From NCBI GenBank assembly GCA_963813715.1, contig CAWFAK010000005.1:1408001-1472000 (forward strand): 64,000 nt of DNA, written 5' to 3'. The DNA is from an uncultured Planctomycetaceae bacterium (GTDB lineage: Bacteria > Planctomycetota > Planctomycetia > Planctomycetales > Planctomycetaceae). Positions 1 to 10,382 of the stretch are shown piece by piece; position 1 is the first letter of the stretch; each line of letters starts with the position of its first letter. Made by a program: the position numbers and the translations under genes. The notes beneath the pieces are model-generated. The model saw nothing but the letters and a program-made list of their open reading frames with translations, was not told where the DNA came from and did not search any database.

Positions 1-104
1 TTGCAGTCAATTCGGCGGGGCCCCTACCAGTCGGAGCATTGGAGGTCGAAAAACACTGGCGGACGAGCCGCGGCGGTCCAGAATTCAGCGGGAAGATTCC
101 ATTT

Positions 105-210
105 GGGTGCCACGGTTGAGCTTGCTCAACCGTGCTCTTAACGGTTCACGAACCGTCATTAGCAACCGGAAAGAGCACGGCTGAGCCGAAGCGTCTCAGC
201 CGTGGCACCC
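105..210 (+). repeat. REPIN/MITE-like 106-bp element, family B, copy 1
   Basis: GGGTGCCACGGTTGAGCTTGCTCAACCGTG hairpin, conserved spacer, then inverted CACGGCTGAGCCGAAGCGTCTCAGCCGTGGCACCC hairpin; near-identical copies at 5619-5724 and 24112-24217. Confidence 0.9.
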
Positions 211-222
211 GAATTACGGAAG

Positions 223-250
223 GCACTCGGACGAGCCGCCAGTGCCACCC
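223..250. repeat. REP-like palindrome, family A, degenerate copy (a second partial copy at 54-71)
   Basis: GCACTCGGACGAGCCGCCAGTGCCACCC matches the CACTGGCGGACRAGCCGCCAGTGCCACCC consensus. Confidence 0.75.
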
Positions 251-342
251 GTGAATGACTGCGCAAAGGCCCGGACGGAGCTTAGTATGGGGACGCGCCG
301 CAGTGCGGACCTGCGGCGTGATTGATTGCGCTGGGAATGGGC

Positions 343-1311
343 ATGGCTGACTTTACCGAAACGCTGATCGGCGCGATTGCCATCGGCAGCCTGTATGCGC
401 TGATTGCGCTCGGCTACACGATGGTTTACGGCATCCTCAAGATCATCAACTTCGCGCATAGCGACGTCGTGGTGTGGGGGGCGTGGATCAGCTATCTGCT
501 GGCGACGCGTCTGTTGCCGGCGTGGGGGATCGATCCGCGGCATCCTCAGCAAGCGCCTCCCCTGTGGATGGCGGGCGTTGTGCTCGTCGGCGCGATGCTC
601 GCTTGCGGGTTGCTCGGTTTCGCGATCGAGCGACTGGCGTATCGTCCCTTGCGGCACGCGCCGCGGCTCAACGTGTTGATCACGGCCATCGGCGTGTCGC
701 TGTTGCTGCAGAACGTCGGCCAGTTGCATTTTGTTTTCGGCGCCAGTCCCGAGAAGATGCCCGCACTGTTGCCGGAATGGTCCGTCACGACGCCCGTCCT
801 GGGGCAGGGGGCGGCGGCGCGGGCCGTCCCGATCGACTTGATCGACCTGGTGATCTGTGGGACGGCGGCCGTGCTCGTGGTCGCGCTGGAGTGGCTGGTC
901 TTTCACACCAAGCTGGGGATCGCCATGCGGGCCGTGTCGTTTGATGCCGAGACGGCGTCGCTCATGGGCATCAACGTCAACCGAGTGATTTCGTTCACTT
1001 TCGTGCTGGGTTCAGCGCTGGCTGCCGCGGCCGGGTTCTTGCACGCGCTCAAGTACCCGGGCTTGAATCAGCCGGCGAGCGAAAACTGGGTGCTGCTCGG
1101 CTTGAAGGGATTCGTGGCGGCGGTCGTGGGCGGGATTGGCAACGTGCGGGGGGCCGTGCTCGGCGGGTTTGTGATCGCGTTTGTCGAGCAGTTCGGCGCC
1201 CATTACGCCTCGCCTCACTTTCGCGACGTGTATGTTTTCGGCCTGTTGATTGCGATTCTGTTGGTGCGGCCGACAGGCATCCTCGGCACGTCGGCCGTCG
1301 AAAAGGTGTGA
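343..1311 (+). CDS. livH: branched-chain amino acid ABC transporter permease LivH
   Basis: GSLYALIALGYTMVYGILKIINFAH and GIAMRAVSFDAETASLMGIN motifs; multiple TM segments; start ATG at 337 or 343. Confidence 0.93.
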   Translation: MADFTETLIGAIAIGSLYALIALGYTMVYGILKIINFAHSDVVVWGAWISYLLATRLLPAWGIDPRHPQQAPPLWMAGVVLVGAMLACGLLGFAIERLAYRPLRHAPRLNVLITAIGVSLLLQNVGQLHFVFGASPEKMPALLPEWSVTTPVLGQGAAARAVPIDLIDLVICGTAAVLVVALEWLVFHTKLGIAMRAVSFDAETASLMGINVNRVISFTFVLGSALAAAAGFLHALKYPGLNQPASENWVLLGLKGFVAAVVGGIGNVRGAVLGGFVIAFVEQFGAHYASPHFRDVYVFGLLIAILLVRPTGILGTSAVEKV

Positions 1312-3274
1312 CGTTGCCCGCGAGCAGCTCGACGCCCCGTCACTCGACCCCAGTCGGCCCGCGATCGGTCGGCGCCGGCGGCAGATTCAGTTGGCTGGTG
1401 GCGAGCGTGTGGCCGCTCCTCGCCGGCATTGTCATCGCCCTCGTGCTGCAATTCGGGCTTCCCCAGGTGATCGGCCCCTACTGGCGACGGATTGTTTTGG
1501 ATGCGGGCATCGCCATGATGCTCGCCGTATCGCTCAACATCGTGAATGGGCTGGCCGGACAATTCTCGCTTGGTCACGCGGCCTTCATGGCGCTCGGCGG
1601 CTACACGGCCGGCACGATCACCTACTACGGTTCGCTCGCGTTTTGGCACTCAACGGACACCCACGGCGGCTTTCTGGGAAGCGGCGAATGGATGTTCGCC
1701 GGAGCGTGTGTTGCGGGAGGGCTGGTGGCCGCTGTGGCCGGTTACCTGGTGGGACTTCCCTCGCTGCGATTGCGGGGAGACTACCTGGCGATCGTGACGC
1801 TTGGGTTCGGCGAGATCCTTCGCACGCTGCTGCAGCAAACGAACAAGACGCTGGGGACATGGCAGGACGTGCGCGGGGCCGCGCTCGCCGAGTTGGTGCC
1901 GCCCCCGGTCGGCGGTTCCATCGGCTTCTCGGGGCTCCCCAAATATACGAGCCTGTTTTGGGTCTACACGTTTCTGACGGTGACGGCGGTCGCCGCCTGG
2001 CGACTCAAGCAGTCGAGCACGGGCCGGGCGATGATGGCCCTCCGCGAGGACGAAATCGCCGCCCAGTCGGTCGGCGTGAACGTGACGCGGCAGAAAGTGC
2101 GGGCCTTCGTGCTGGCGGCCCTGTTCGCGGGCATGGCCGGCGGGCTCTTCGCGCACGAGTTCGGCTCGATCCTCACGCCAAGCGACGCCGGTTTTCAGCG
2201 CTCGTTCGAGTACGTGATCATGACGGTGCTCGGCGGACGCGGATCGATCAGCGGCGTGATGCTGGCCGCATCGCTCCTCACCGTGCTGCCCGAATACTTG
2301 CGCGAATTCGAGCAGTACCGGCTGATTATCTTCGCCCTCGTGCTGATCGTGATGATGATCGCGCGACCGCAAGGGCTGTTGGGCGTCCGCGAGATCTGGG
2401 ATTTTTGGAAACGCCGACCAAGCGGCGGCGTGGACGAACCCGCGCGAGCAACTCCGATGGTTGCGGCGAAGCCTGCTTCCGCTACCGAATCGGCGCCGGC
2501 GCCAGAATCGGTGCTGCTGGAGGTCGACAAGCTGAGCCTCGCGTTTGGCGGACTGCAGGCGGTGCAGGATTTTTCGCTGCGACTGCCGCCCGGCGCGCTC
2601 TACGGACTGATCGGCCCCAACGGCGCCGGCAAGACGACGGTGTTCAATCTGCTGACCGGCCTTTACGCGCCGATCGGGGCGACGTTCGGCTCGGCTCCCA
2701 GCCGCTCGCGGGACTGCGGCCGCACCAAATCGCGGCCCGGGGGATCGCCCGCACCTTTCAAAACGTGCGGCTGCACGCCCAACTGAGCGTGCTGGACAAT
2801 GTGCGCGTCGCCGCCCAATTACACACGCCCCAGAACCTGCTCACGACCTTTCTCCGCAGCTCGGCGTTCCTGCGTGCCGAAGAGCAGACGCTCCGTGCGT
2901 CGCTCGAGTTGCTCGAATTCTTCTCGCTGGCGCCGCGGGCCGGCGAGCCCTCGGGCAGCTTGAGCTACGGTCATCAGCGTCACTTGGAGATCCTCCGCGC
3001 TCTGGCCACCGAACCGCGGGTGCTGCTGTTGGACGAGCCGGCCGCAGGCTTGAACCTGGCCGAGAAGCGCGACCTGGCCCGCGCCTTGCGCGAACTGCGC
3101 GACCGGTTCGACGTCTCGATCCTGCTGATCGATCACGACATGGGCCTGGTGATGAGCGTCTGCGAGCGGATTTTGGTCCTCGATCACGGCGTGACCATCG
3201 CCGAGGGATCGCCCGAAGTCATTCGCCATGATCCGCGGGTGATTGCCGCCTACCTGGGCGAGGACGCGGAGTGA
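1308..3274 (+). CDS. livM: fused LivM permease / LivG ATPase (frameshift near 2678)
   Basis: GQFSLGHAAF and LRLRGDYLAIVTLGFGEI (LivM), then linker and GPNGAGKTT in one frame; GIARTFQN, LLLDEPAAG, HDMGLV and AYLG continue in the 1250..3274 frame. Confidence 0.85.
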
Positions 3275-4053
3275 GCCATGAACGAGAAAGCATGAGACTG
3301 TTGGAAATCGACAATTTGTCGGTCTGGTACGGCCCCGTGCAGGCTTTGCGCGGCATCAGCTTGCACGTCGACGCGGGCGAGGTCGTCGCGCTCATCGGCT
3401 CCAACGGCGCGGGGAAATCGACCCTGCTGCGGACGATCTCCGGCTTGCTGCGGCCCAAATCGGGCGACGTGCGATTCGAAGGCCGCTCGATCGCCGGCCG
3501 CGCGCCGCACGCCATCTCGCGAATGGGCGTCGTCCAAGTGCCGGAAGGGCGCGGCATCTTCGACAATCTGACGGTCGAGGAGAATCTGGCGCTGGGCGGC
3601 TATTCGAGCCGCGATTCGGCGGCGATCAAGTCGAGTCGCGATCACGCGCTGGCCCTCTTTCCGGTGCTCGCGCAGCGTCTCAAGCAAGCCGCCGGCACGC
3701 TATCGGGCGGTGAGCAGCAGATGCTGGCGCTCTCTCGCGCGCTGATTGCGCGGCCGCGGCTGCTCTTGCTCGACGAGCCGTCGCTGGGACTCGCTCCCCG
3801 GGTGGTGCAGGAGATTTTCCGCGTCCTGGCCGAGATCAATCGCGAGGGAACGACGATCTTGCTCGTCGAGCAGAATGCCCGTTTGGCACTGCGATTGGCG
3901 CAGCGGGCTTACGTGTTGGAGTTGGGCGGCATCCAGGCCCACGGTCCGTCGGCCGAGTTGGCCGCAAGCGACGCGATCGCCCGGGCCTATTTGGGCGCCT
4001 CAGTCGGCGGTTCTGTCGAGAGTCGGGTCAAAGACGCCGGCTCGCCCGATTGA
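3271..4053 (+). CDS. livF: branched-chain amino acid ABC transporter ATPase LivF
   Basis: GSNGAGKST, VPEGRGIF, LSGGEQQML, LLLDEPSLGLAP, VEQNA; start GTG 3271 or ATG 3292. Confidence 0.93.
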   Translation: MSHERESMRLLEIDNLSVWYGPVQALRGISLHVDAGEVVALIGSNGAGKSTLLRTISGLLRPKSGDVRFEGRSIAGRAPHAISRMGVVQVPEGRGIFDNLTVEENLALGGYSSRDSAAIKSSRDHALALFPVLAQRLKQAAGTLSGGEQQMLALSRALIARPRLLLLDEPSLGLAPRVVQEIFRVLAEINREGTTILLVEQNARLALRLAQRAYVLELGGIQAHGPSAELAASDAIARAYLGASVGGSVESRVKDAGSPD

Positions 4054-4389
4054 TCCGTCTGTGCGTGCGGGCGATCCCCACGCGAGGCCGAATTGCGCTC
4101 CGCGTGGAGAGAAATTAATCGCGGGCGACACGGTTCGGTCAGAGGCTGTCGACCGCCGGCGACAGGCGTTCCGCGACGGGATTCCGATTCGCTACGCCGC
4201 TGTGGTGCTTTGGCAACGCAGGCAGGGACTGTCGCTGGTCGGCCCCTTGCCGCAACAGTTTTCCGCAACTCTCCGCGGCGGAAATCGGCGGGCAAGCTAG
4301 GTTTGCTTGAGCCCGCGGCGGTTGGGCCGTCGCGTCCTTCGGGCCACACATCTTTGGGCAACAGGGCGTCAGGCAGCAGGGGTCATCTC

Positions 4390-5429
4390 ATGAAGCGAGT
4401 GTCGTTCCGAATCGCATCCACGGCGCTGGCCCTTTTCCTGGCGGCGCCCTTGGGCGTGGCGAATGCCCAGGGAACCTCCAGCGGAAACGTGGGCCAATCG
4501 TCGTCGTCGGGCAGTCAGGGTTCGTCGTGGGACCAGGGCTCGTCGGGCGATCAATCGGGGTCCGGCGGTCAGGCAGACTTTGGCAGCCCGTCGGGTTCGG
4601 GCGGCCAGTCGGGGTCAGCCGGCCAGCCGGGCTCCTCGGGCCAGTCGGGTTCCTCGGGGCAATCTGGTTCCTCAGGACAGACAGGGTCGTCGGGGCAATC
4701 CGGTAGCCAGTCGGGCAATCACTCGCAGTCGGGGACGCCAGTCCGGCAGCCAATCATCGGGCAGTCAGTCGCCGGGCAACCACTCGTCGTCGGGGTCGGC
4801 GAGATGGTGGTGGCGCGTTCGCCCATCACGCCGAGCGGGCCGCGCAGGATCTGAAGGGCATTCAGAGCGACCGCAGCCAGATCCGCCAGGACAAGGCGGA
4901 CATCCGCAAGGACCTGGCCGACATGAAGGCCAATCCGAAGAACGCGGCGGCCGACAAGCAGGCGATCCTCAACGATCTGAAGCAGATCGGCCACGATCGT
5001 CACGACATCCGGCACGATGAGCGGAACCTGCACCGCCAGCTCGACGACATGCAGATCCTGGCGATGCCGCACTCGGGGCAAAAGTCGTCGGGTCAGAAGT
5101 CGGACGTGCATCACGAACAGAAGGATCTCCGCCACGATCGTCACGACGTGCGTCACGCCGAGCGCGACATCCGCCATGACTGGTCGCAGATCCGCAAGGA
5201 CCTGCAGGACATGAAGTCGAATCCGTCCAACGCCGCAGAGGACAAGGCAGACATCCGCAAAGAAGCGGGCGAGCTGGAGCACGCCGAGCGCGATCTGCAT
5301 CATGCGGAGCGCGAGAAGCGTCACGATCGCCGCGAGCTGCGTCGCGATCGCGAGGAATTCCGCCAGGAGCGTCAGCAGCGCTCCAGCAGTTCGTCGTCGT
5401 CTCACGCGTCGCACGGCCATCACTCCTAG
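4390..5429 (+). CDS. secreted low-complexity protein: GQSGSS repeats plus His/Asp/Arg-rich heptad coiled coil (two apparent frameshifts near 4735 and 4797)
   Basis: MKRVSFRIASTALALFLAAPLGVANA signal peptide; SG-rich repeats continue across frames; C-terminal part is ORF 4923..5429. Confidence 0.7.
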
Positions 5430-5469
5430 GCCGCCGGAGACAGAATTCCGAACCAAGCCTTGCGGGACA

Positions 5470-5516
5470 GCCGGGGTCGCCCTGTATGAGACGGTGGCGG
5501 CCCCGGTTTTTTTTGT
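5470..5516 (+). terminator. intrinsic terminator
   Basis: GCCGGGGTCGCC...GGCGGCCCCGGT stem followed by a T-run. Confidence 0.8.
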
Positions 5517-5618
5517 TGCTGGCGTCTGAGACGTTCCAAGAAGTGAGCGGTCTGGCGCGGGAGCATCCGGGAATTTCCGCGTGAGACCGTCCGGGAATTG
5601 GGAGTGAAGATTTGCCTC

Positions 5619-5724
5619 GGGTGCCACGGTTGAGCTTGCTCAACCGTGCTCTTCACGCGTCACCAACCGTCATCAGCAACCGGAAAGAGCACGGCTGAGC
5701 CGAAGCGTCTCAGCCGTGGCACCC
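5619..5724 (+). repeat. REPIN-like element family B, copy 2
   Basis: same 106-bp two-hairpin unit as 105-210, followed by GAATTA as in copy 1. Confidence 0.9.
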
Positions 5725-5897
5725 GAATTACCGGGCCGTCTCGAATTTCCGCGTCGGCATGGCGTCGCGTGCCGGCAGCGATTACACCAGTTTGTGGGGC
5801 CGAGCGCTGGCCCCAGCGCCGTTGTGGGGCCCGCCCACTGGCCCCAGTGCCGACGACGCGCCAGACGACGCTCCCTCCGCCTAACGCTTCGACTTCC

Positions 5898-7239
5898 ATG
5901 GACCGCCCCGACGAGACGATCGTCTCCCCGCCCCGCTCCGCCGCTTCCGTCCAACCGCAAAACGTGAGCCGGCTGCGCGACCTGTCGCCCCAGCAGTGGA
6001 AGTCGGGCATCGCGGCCTGGCTGGGCTGGCTGTTCGACGGGCTCGACATGCACTTGTATGTGCTGGTCGCCACGCCGTTCGTCGCCGAGCTGTTGGGCAA
6101 CATCGACCAGCACGACCCCAAGGTCGGCTATTACAGCTCGCTGGTGCAGGCTGCCTTCCTGATCGGCTGGGCGCTCGGCGGCAGTTTTTTCGGCCGCGTG
6201 GGCGACCTGATCGGACGCAGCCGCGGACTGATGCTGACCATCCTGGTCTATGCCAGCTTTACGGGTTTGTCGTACTTCGCCGGCACCTGGTGGGAGCTGC
6301 TGATCTTTCGGTTTCTGGCGGCGCTCGGGATTGGCGGCGAGTGGGCGATCGGTGCGTCGCTCTTGTCGGAGACCTGGCCGCACCGCTGGCGGCCTTGGAT
6401 TGCGGCCGTCCTGCAAACCGGCGTGAATCTGGGCGTGATGCTGGCTAGCCTGGCCGTCTACCTGCTGGCCCCCTACGCGCCGCGGACCGTGTTCCTGGTG
6501 GGAGTGGTGCCGGCGCTGCTCGTCCTGTGGATTCGCCGCGCCGTCCCCGAGCCCGAAGAGTGGCGCGTCGCCCGGGATACGACCGGCACGCAGGCGCCCG
6601 TGTTTCTCGACCTGTTCCGCGGGGCGGTGCGGCGGACAACCATCCTGACACTGCTTGTCTGCGGGTTGTCGCTCACGGCCCACTGGGCGTTTCTTGTTCT
6701 GGTACATGCAGCAGTTGCGGAACATGCCGGAGCTAGCTAGCTGGAGCGACCCGGAGAGAAGCCGTCTCGTCGGCAAGGCCAACTTGTTGGTGATGATCGC
6801 CTCGATCGGCGGCAACTTTTTTGCGGCGTGGCTCGCGCGGCGGCTGAAGTACCGCCGGGCGATCGCCGTCTTATGCGTCGGTTATTTCGTCGCGATCGCC
6901 GCCACGTACGGCTTTCCCCGCGGCCACCTCGACCCGGAATTCTGGGTGGGGCTGACGGCGATCGGCCTGTGCCAGGGGATCTTTGGCCTGTTCACGATGT
7001 ATTTGCCGCCGCTCTTCCCCACGCTCTTGCGCAGCACGGGGGCCGGCTTCGGCTACAATTTCGGACGCGTGGCGGCCGGCATCGGCACGGTGCTCTTCGG
7101 ACTCTCGGCGCAAGTCGGCGATTCTCGCCTGGCCATCGTCTACGCCGGTTTCCTGTTCCTGCCGGCGGCGGTTGTCTCGTGGATGATGCCCGACGCCCCG
7201 GAAGAACGCCTGTTCGACCCGATTGAGCCGCTCGAGTAA
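5898..7239 (+). CDS. MFS transporter (frameshift near 6695)
   Basis: GWLFDGLD, GRVGDLIGR, RFLAALGIGGEW; C-terminal LFPTLLRSTGAGFGYNFGR in the next frame. Confidence 0.88.
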
Positions 7240-7304
7240 CGTCGAGCCGCCCAATTGGCCCGTATGCGGCCCGTCGTCACGCTGGCCGCGGTCAATCGCC
7301 CGCG

Positions 7305-7804
7305 TCAATCACCCCGGTGGACCACGATCGAGCAACCCTCGCAGACGGCGCAGCCGAAGCGGTCAACCAGCTCGCGATAACAGCGGGGACACCGCGCAGG
7401 CGCGAGACGTCGCGGTCGGAGGCGTCGTCGAACCACCAGTAATAGGTCCGCCGATGCCGATTGAGCGTGCCGACGATCTCCAGTCCGCGGGTGTTGAGCT
7501 GGCCCTGCGGATCCAAGAGCTGCGTGCGGGCCCAATCCTCGTAATCTCCGGACTCGATCCACAGCGTGTAAAGCGCTCGGTGCAGATCCCGCCAGAATGC
7601 GATCCGCTCCGCCAGGTCCGCGTCGAAGCCCACCCGCTCGGGCGGCACTTCGCCGTTACATTGCAGGCAGACCAGGGGCACCGAAGAGAGATGATCCTGC
7701 AGCACGATCGGCGGCCGATCGGCGCACGGACAGATTTCGTCCTCCGGCGTCGGCGGCTCCGGACGCAGCTTGTAATAGGGATCGATCTCGTCCGGCGCAA
7801 TCAT
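7305..7804 (-). CDS. DUF2310-like Zn-ribbon-containing protein (frameshift near 7400)
   Basis: CPC, CLQC and YYWWF; alternative frame supplies a C-terminal CPRC...CEGC ribbon. Confidence 0.65.
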
Positions 7805-7872
7805 CTCGTCACCGCTAACAATTCAGCGCGCTCGCGGCTCGGCCTGAGCCCGATGTCTCTCACGCTTCGACC

Positions 7873-8970
7873 TCAGGGTTTCGCCGGCGCACGGAAATTC
7901 TTGCGCACGGCTTCCAAGGCCTGCACGTACGCGGCGGGCAGTTTCTCGTTGGTCCACCAGCGGGGCTTCTCCGTGTAAATCCACACATATTCGTCGGAAA
8001 GCCGTAGCGCGAGACGGACCGCTTCACTAAACCCCTCCGGCTGAAAATAGTTCTGCGAAAAATTTGCCGGATTCCAGCCGTGCGTGTTCCAATCGTTGTC
8101 CATCCAAATGCCGAAGCCAGCTCGCACATGGCGGCGGAAGGCCTCTTTTTCGCCGGTCCAGTCGGCACTTTTTTCTTTGATCGTGCGGTAGGCCCGCTGG
8201 AACTGCTCGAGTCGTCGATAGCCGTAAGAATTCTCGAACGCATCGACAATCCGCGTCGCCGGCGCACAGGCCGAAAGCATGCCGTCGAGAAAGTCGGCCC
8301 ACAGGCCGTAGTCGCTCTCCGAGCGATCCTTCTCGCCGGGGCGGGGCCGCGTGATCGCGTAGCCGAACGTCAACAGGATGGTGATATTCGGATAGTGCCC
8401 GGCCACGGCCTGCATCCATTCGCGGCCCCGCAGTTTGACCTTCGCGCTGTAATCGGCAAACGAATGCTTGTCGCGATGCTTTTGTCGACGATAGTCGAAC
8501 AGGGAGCTTTGGTACTGCTCGTTGTCGAACATGATGCCGGTTGAGCCGCCGTCGCGAGCGAGTTGAGCGGCGACGCCGAAGTTCTGGGCCACGATGCGCC
8601 AGGCCGCGTCGTCGAACCAATCGACCGTGCCGGGAGTGACGTTCACCCGCACGAAGCGATCGGTGAAGCGATGAAAGGGCGTGGCCTTCAAATCGGCGAG
8701 CGATTTCTGGAACTGCGAGACGGCGAACTGTCGAGTGCCCCAGATGTCCCAGGTCAGGTTCTCGCTGTGGTCGCCGGCCATGTGAAAAATGACGCCGTCA
8801 AACGGCAGACGCTCCATGCGCCCGATGTTGTCGCGAAGGAAATGAGTGTCGGGCTCGTCCCAGCCCCACTCGATGAGTTTTTTGGGCCCGGACGGATCGC
8901 TGCCCCGCGCAATCGAAAGCGGGACCACGAAGAAGAGTACGAGAAGGAAATACCGCAGTAGGCCCATCAT
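7873..8970 (-). CDS. secreted hypothetical protein, possible TIM-barrel enzyme
   Basis: signal-like MMGLLRYFLLVLFFVVPLSIARG; globular domain with KKLIEWGWDEPD, PFDGVIF, GIMFDNEQY and SDEYVWIYTE. Confidence 0.75.
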   Translation of the reverse strand: MMGLLRYFLLVLFFVVPLSIARGSDPSGPKKLIEWGWDEPDTHFLRDNIGRMERLPFDGVIFHMAGDHSENLTWDIWGTRQFAVSQFQKSLADLKATPFHRFTDRFVRVNVTPGTVDWFDDAAWRIVAQNFGVAAQLARDGGSTGIMFDNEQYQSSLFDYRRQKHRDKHSFADYSAKVKLRGREWMQAVAGHYPNITILLTFGYAITRPRPGEKDRSESDYGLWADFLDGMLSACAPATRIVDAFENSYGYRRLEQFQRAYRTIKEKSADWTGEKEAFRRHVRAGFGIWMDNDWNTHGWNPANFSQNYFQPEGFSEAVRLALRLSDEYVWIYTEKPRWWTNEKLPAAYVQALEAVRKNFRAPAKP

Positions 8971-9246
8971 GACATTCATTTGGTCTGGGCGGCCGGCACT
9001 GAAACGACGCCTCGGCCGGCCTGCCAGGAATTTCGCATTATCCGTTTTCCGGCGGCGGACGGGTAGTCCAGTCGCCGGTCCGGTGACGTTTGCCGGCCAG
9101 CCGCCGAAGCGACGTTGCCCGGCGGCCCGACGACGCGCGCCCGAGAGCCAGCCGGGCGTGCCTTGCCGCGGTCGCGACCGTTCGGCCACAATCGCAGGCA
9201 CATTTCTCGGCCAAGCATCGACTGACAACTCCCGAGGAGAATCGCC

Positions 9247-10254
9247 GTGAGTCCCACGAATCATCAATTTCGGCTGGCGGCCCGCCCGGTGGGCCTGCCC
9301 AAGCGATCCGATTTCAAGTACACGGAGGAGCCCGTCCGCGACCTCAATGCGGGCGAGGTGCTGGTCAAGGTGAACTACATCTCGCTCGATCCGGCCATGC
9401 GCGGCTGGATGAACGAAGGCCGTTCGTACGTGCCGCCCGTCGGCATCGGCGAGGTGATGCGGGCCGGCGCGGCCGGTCGCGTCGTCGCCTCCAAGAACGA
9501 TCGTTTCGCCGTCGGCGACGCGGTGACGGGTGGAATGGGCGTGCAGGAATACGCAATCTCGGACGGAGCCGGCCTGATCAAGGTCGACACCAGGGTCGCG
9601 CCTCTGCCGGTCTTCATCGGGACGCTGGGCATGCCCGGAATGACCGCTTATTTTGGCCTGCTCGAAGTCGGCCAGCCCAAGGCCGGTGAGACGGTGGTCG
9701 TTTCCGCGGCGGCGGGAGCGGTTGGCGGCGTGGTCGGGCAGATCGCCAAGATCAAAGGCTGCCGAGCGATCGGCATCGCGGGGGGCGCCGACAAGTGCCG
9801 CTATGTTGTCGACGAGCTCGGCTTCGATGCGGCCATCGACTACAAGCACGAGCAGGTGTTTGAAGCCCTGCGGAAGCACTGCCCGAAGGGGATCGACGTT
9901 TACTTCGACAACGTGGGGGGCGAAATCCTCGACGCGGCGCTGGCGTTGCTCGCGCGCGGCGCCCGCGTCCCGCTCTGCGGCGCGATCTCGCAGTACAACA
10001 GCAAGGGGGCGGAAGGCCCGAAGAATTACTTGTCGCTGTTGATCAACCGCGCCAGGATGGAAGGCTTCATCGTTTTCGACTACGCCAGCCGCTACCAGGA
10101 GGCGGCCGTGCAGATGGCCGGCTGGCTGATGGCGGGCAAGCTCAAATCCCGCGAGGACATCGTGCCGGGGCTCGAGACCTTCCCCGACACGCTGCTCAAA
10201 CTCTTCAGCGGCGAGAACAAGGGCAAGCTGGTGCTGAAAGTCGCCGACGAGTGA
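9247..10254 (+). CDS. NADP-dependent oxidoreductase (MDR, CurA/prostaglandin reductase family)
   Basis: SLDPAMRGWM, GMPGMTAYFGL, SAAAGAVG, YFDNVGG, GENKGKLV; GGAG RBS before GTG. Confidence 0.93.
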   Translation: MSPTNHQFRLAARPVGLPKRSDFKYTEEPVRDLNAGEVLVKVNYISLDPAMRGWMNEGRSYVPPVGIGEVMRAGAAGRVVASKNDRFAVGDAVTGGMGVQEYAISDGAGLIKVDTRVAPLPVFIGTLGMPGMTAYFGLLEVGQPKAGETVVVSAAAGAVGGVVGQIAKIKGCRAIGIAGGADKCRYVVDELGFDAAIDYKHEQVFEALRKHCPKGIDVYFDNVGGEILDAALALLARGARVPLCGAISQYNSKGAEGPKNYLSLLINRARMEGFIVFDYASRYQEAAVQMAGWLMAGKLKSREDIVPGLETFPDTLLKLFSGENKGKLVLKVADE

Positions 10255-10266
10255 TCGCAGAAAAAC

Positions 10267-10353
10267 GGGTGGCACTGGCGGCTCGTCCGCCAGTGTCTTG
10301 CTCGTGATCGAGCCTTAAGAAAAACACTGGCGGACAAGCCGCCAGTGCCACCC
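10267..10353. repeat. REP family A inverted dimer between convergent genes
   Basis: GGGTGGCACTGGCGGCTCGTCCGCCAGTG ... CACTGGCGGACAAGCCGCCAGTGCCACCC. Confidence 0.9.
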
Positions 10354-10382
10354 AAGAGCACTCCGCCGCATTCCAGAGAATG

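Noticed and set aside
54..250. Clustered palindromic repeats as a CRISPR array
   Set aside because: The repeats are inverted pairs dispersed across the window, not direct repeats with unique equal-length spacers, and no cas genes are present
7873..10275. 800-aa minus-strand ORF
   Set aside because: The N-terminal half is the antisense shadow of the oxidoreductase at 9247-10254; only 7873-8970 looks coding
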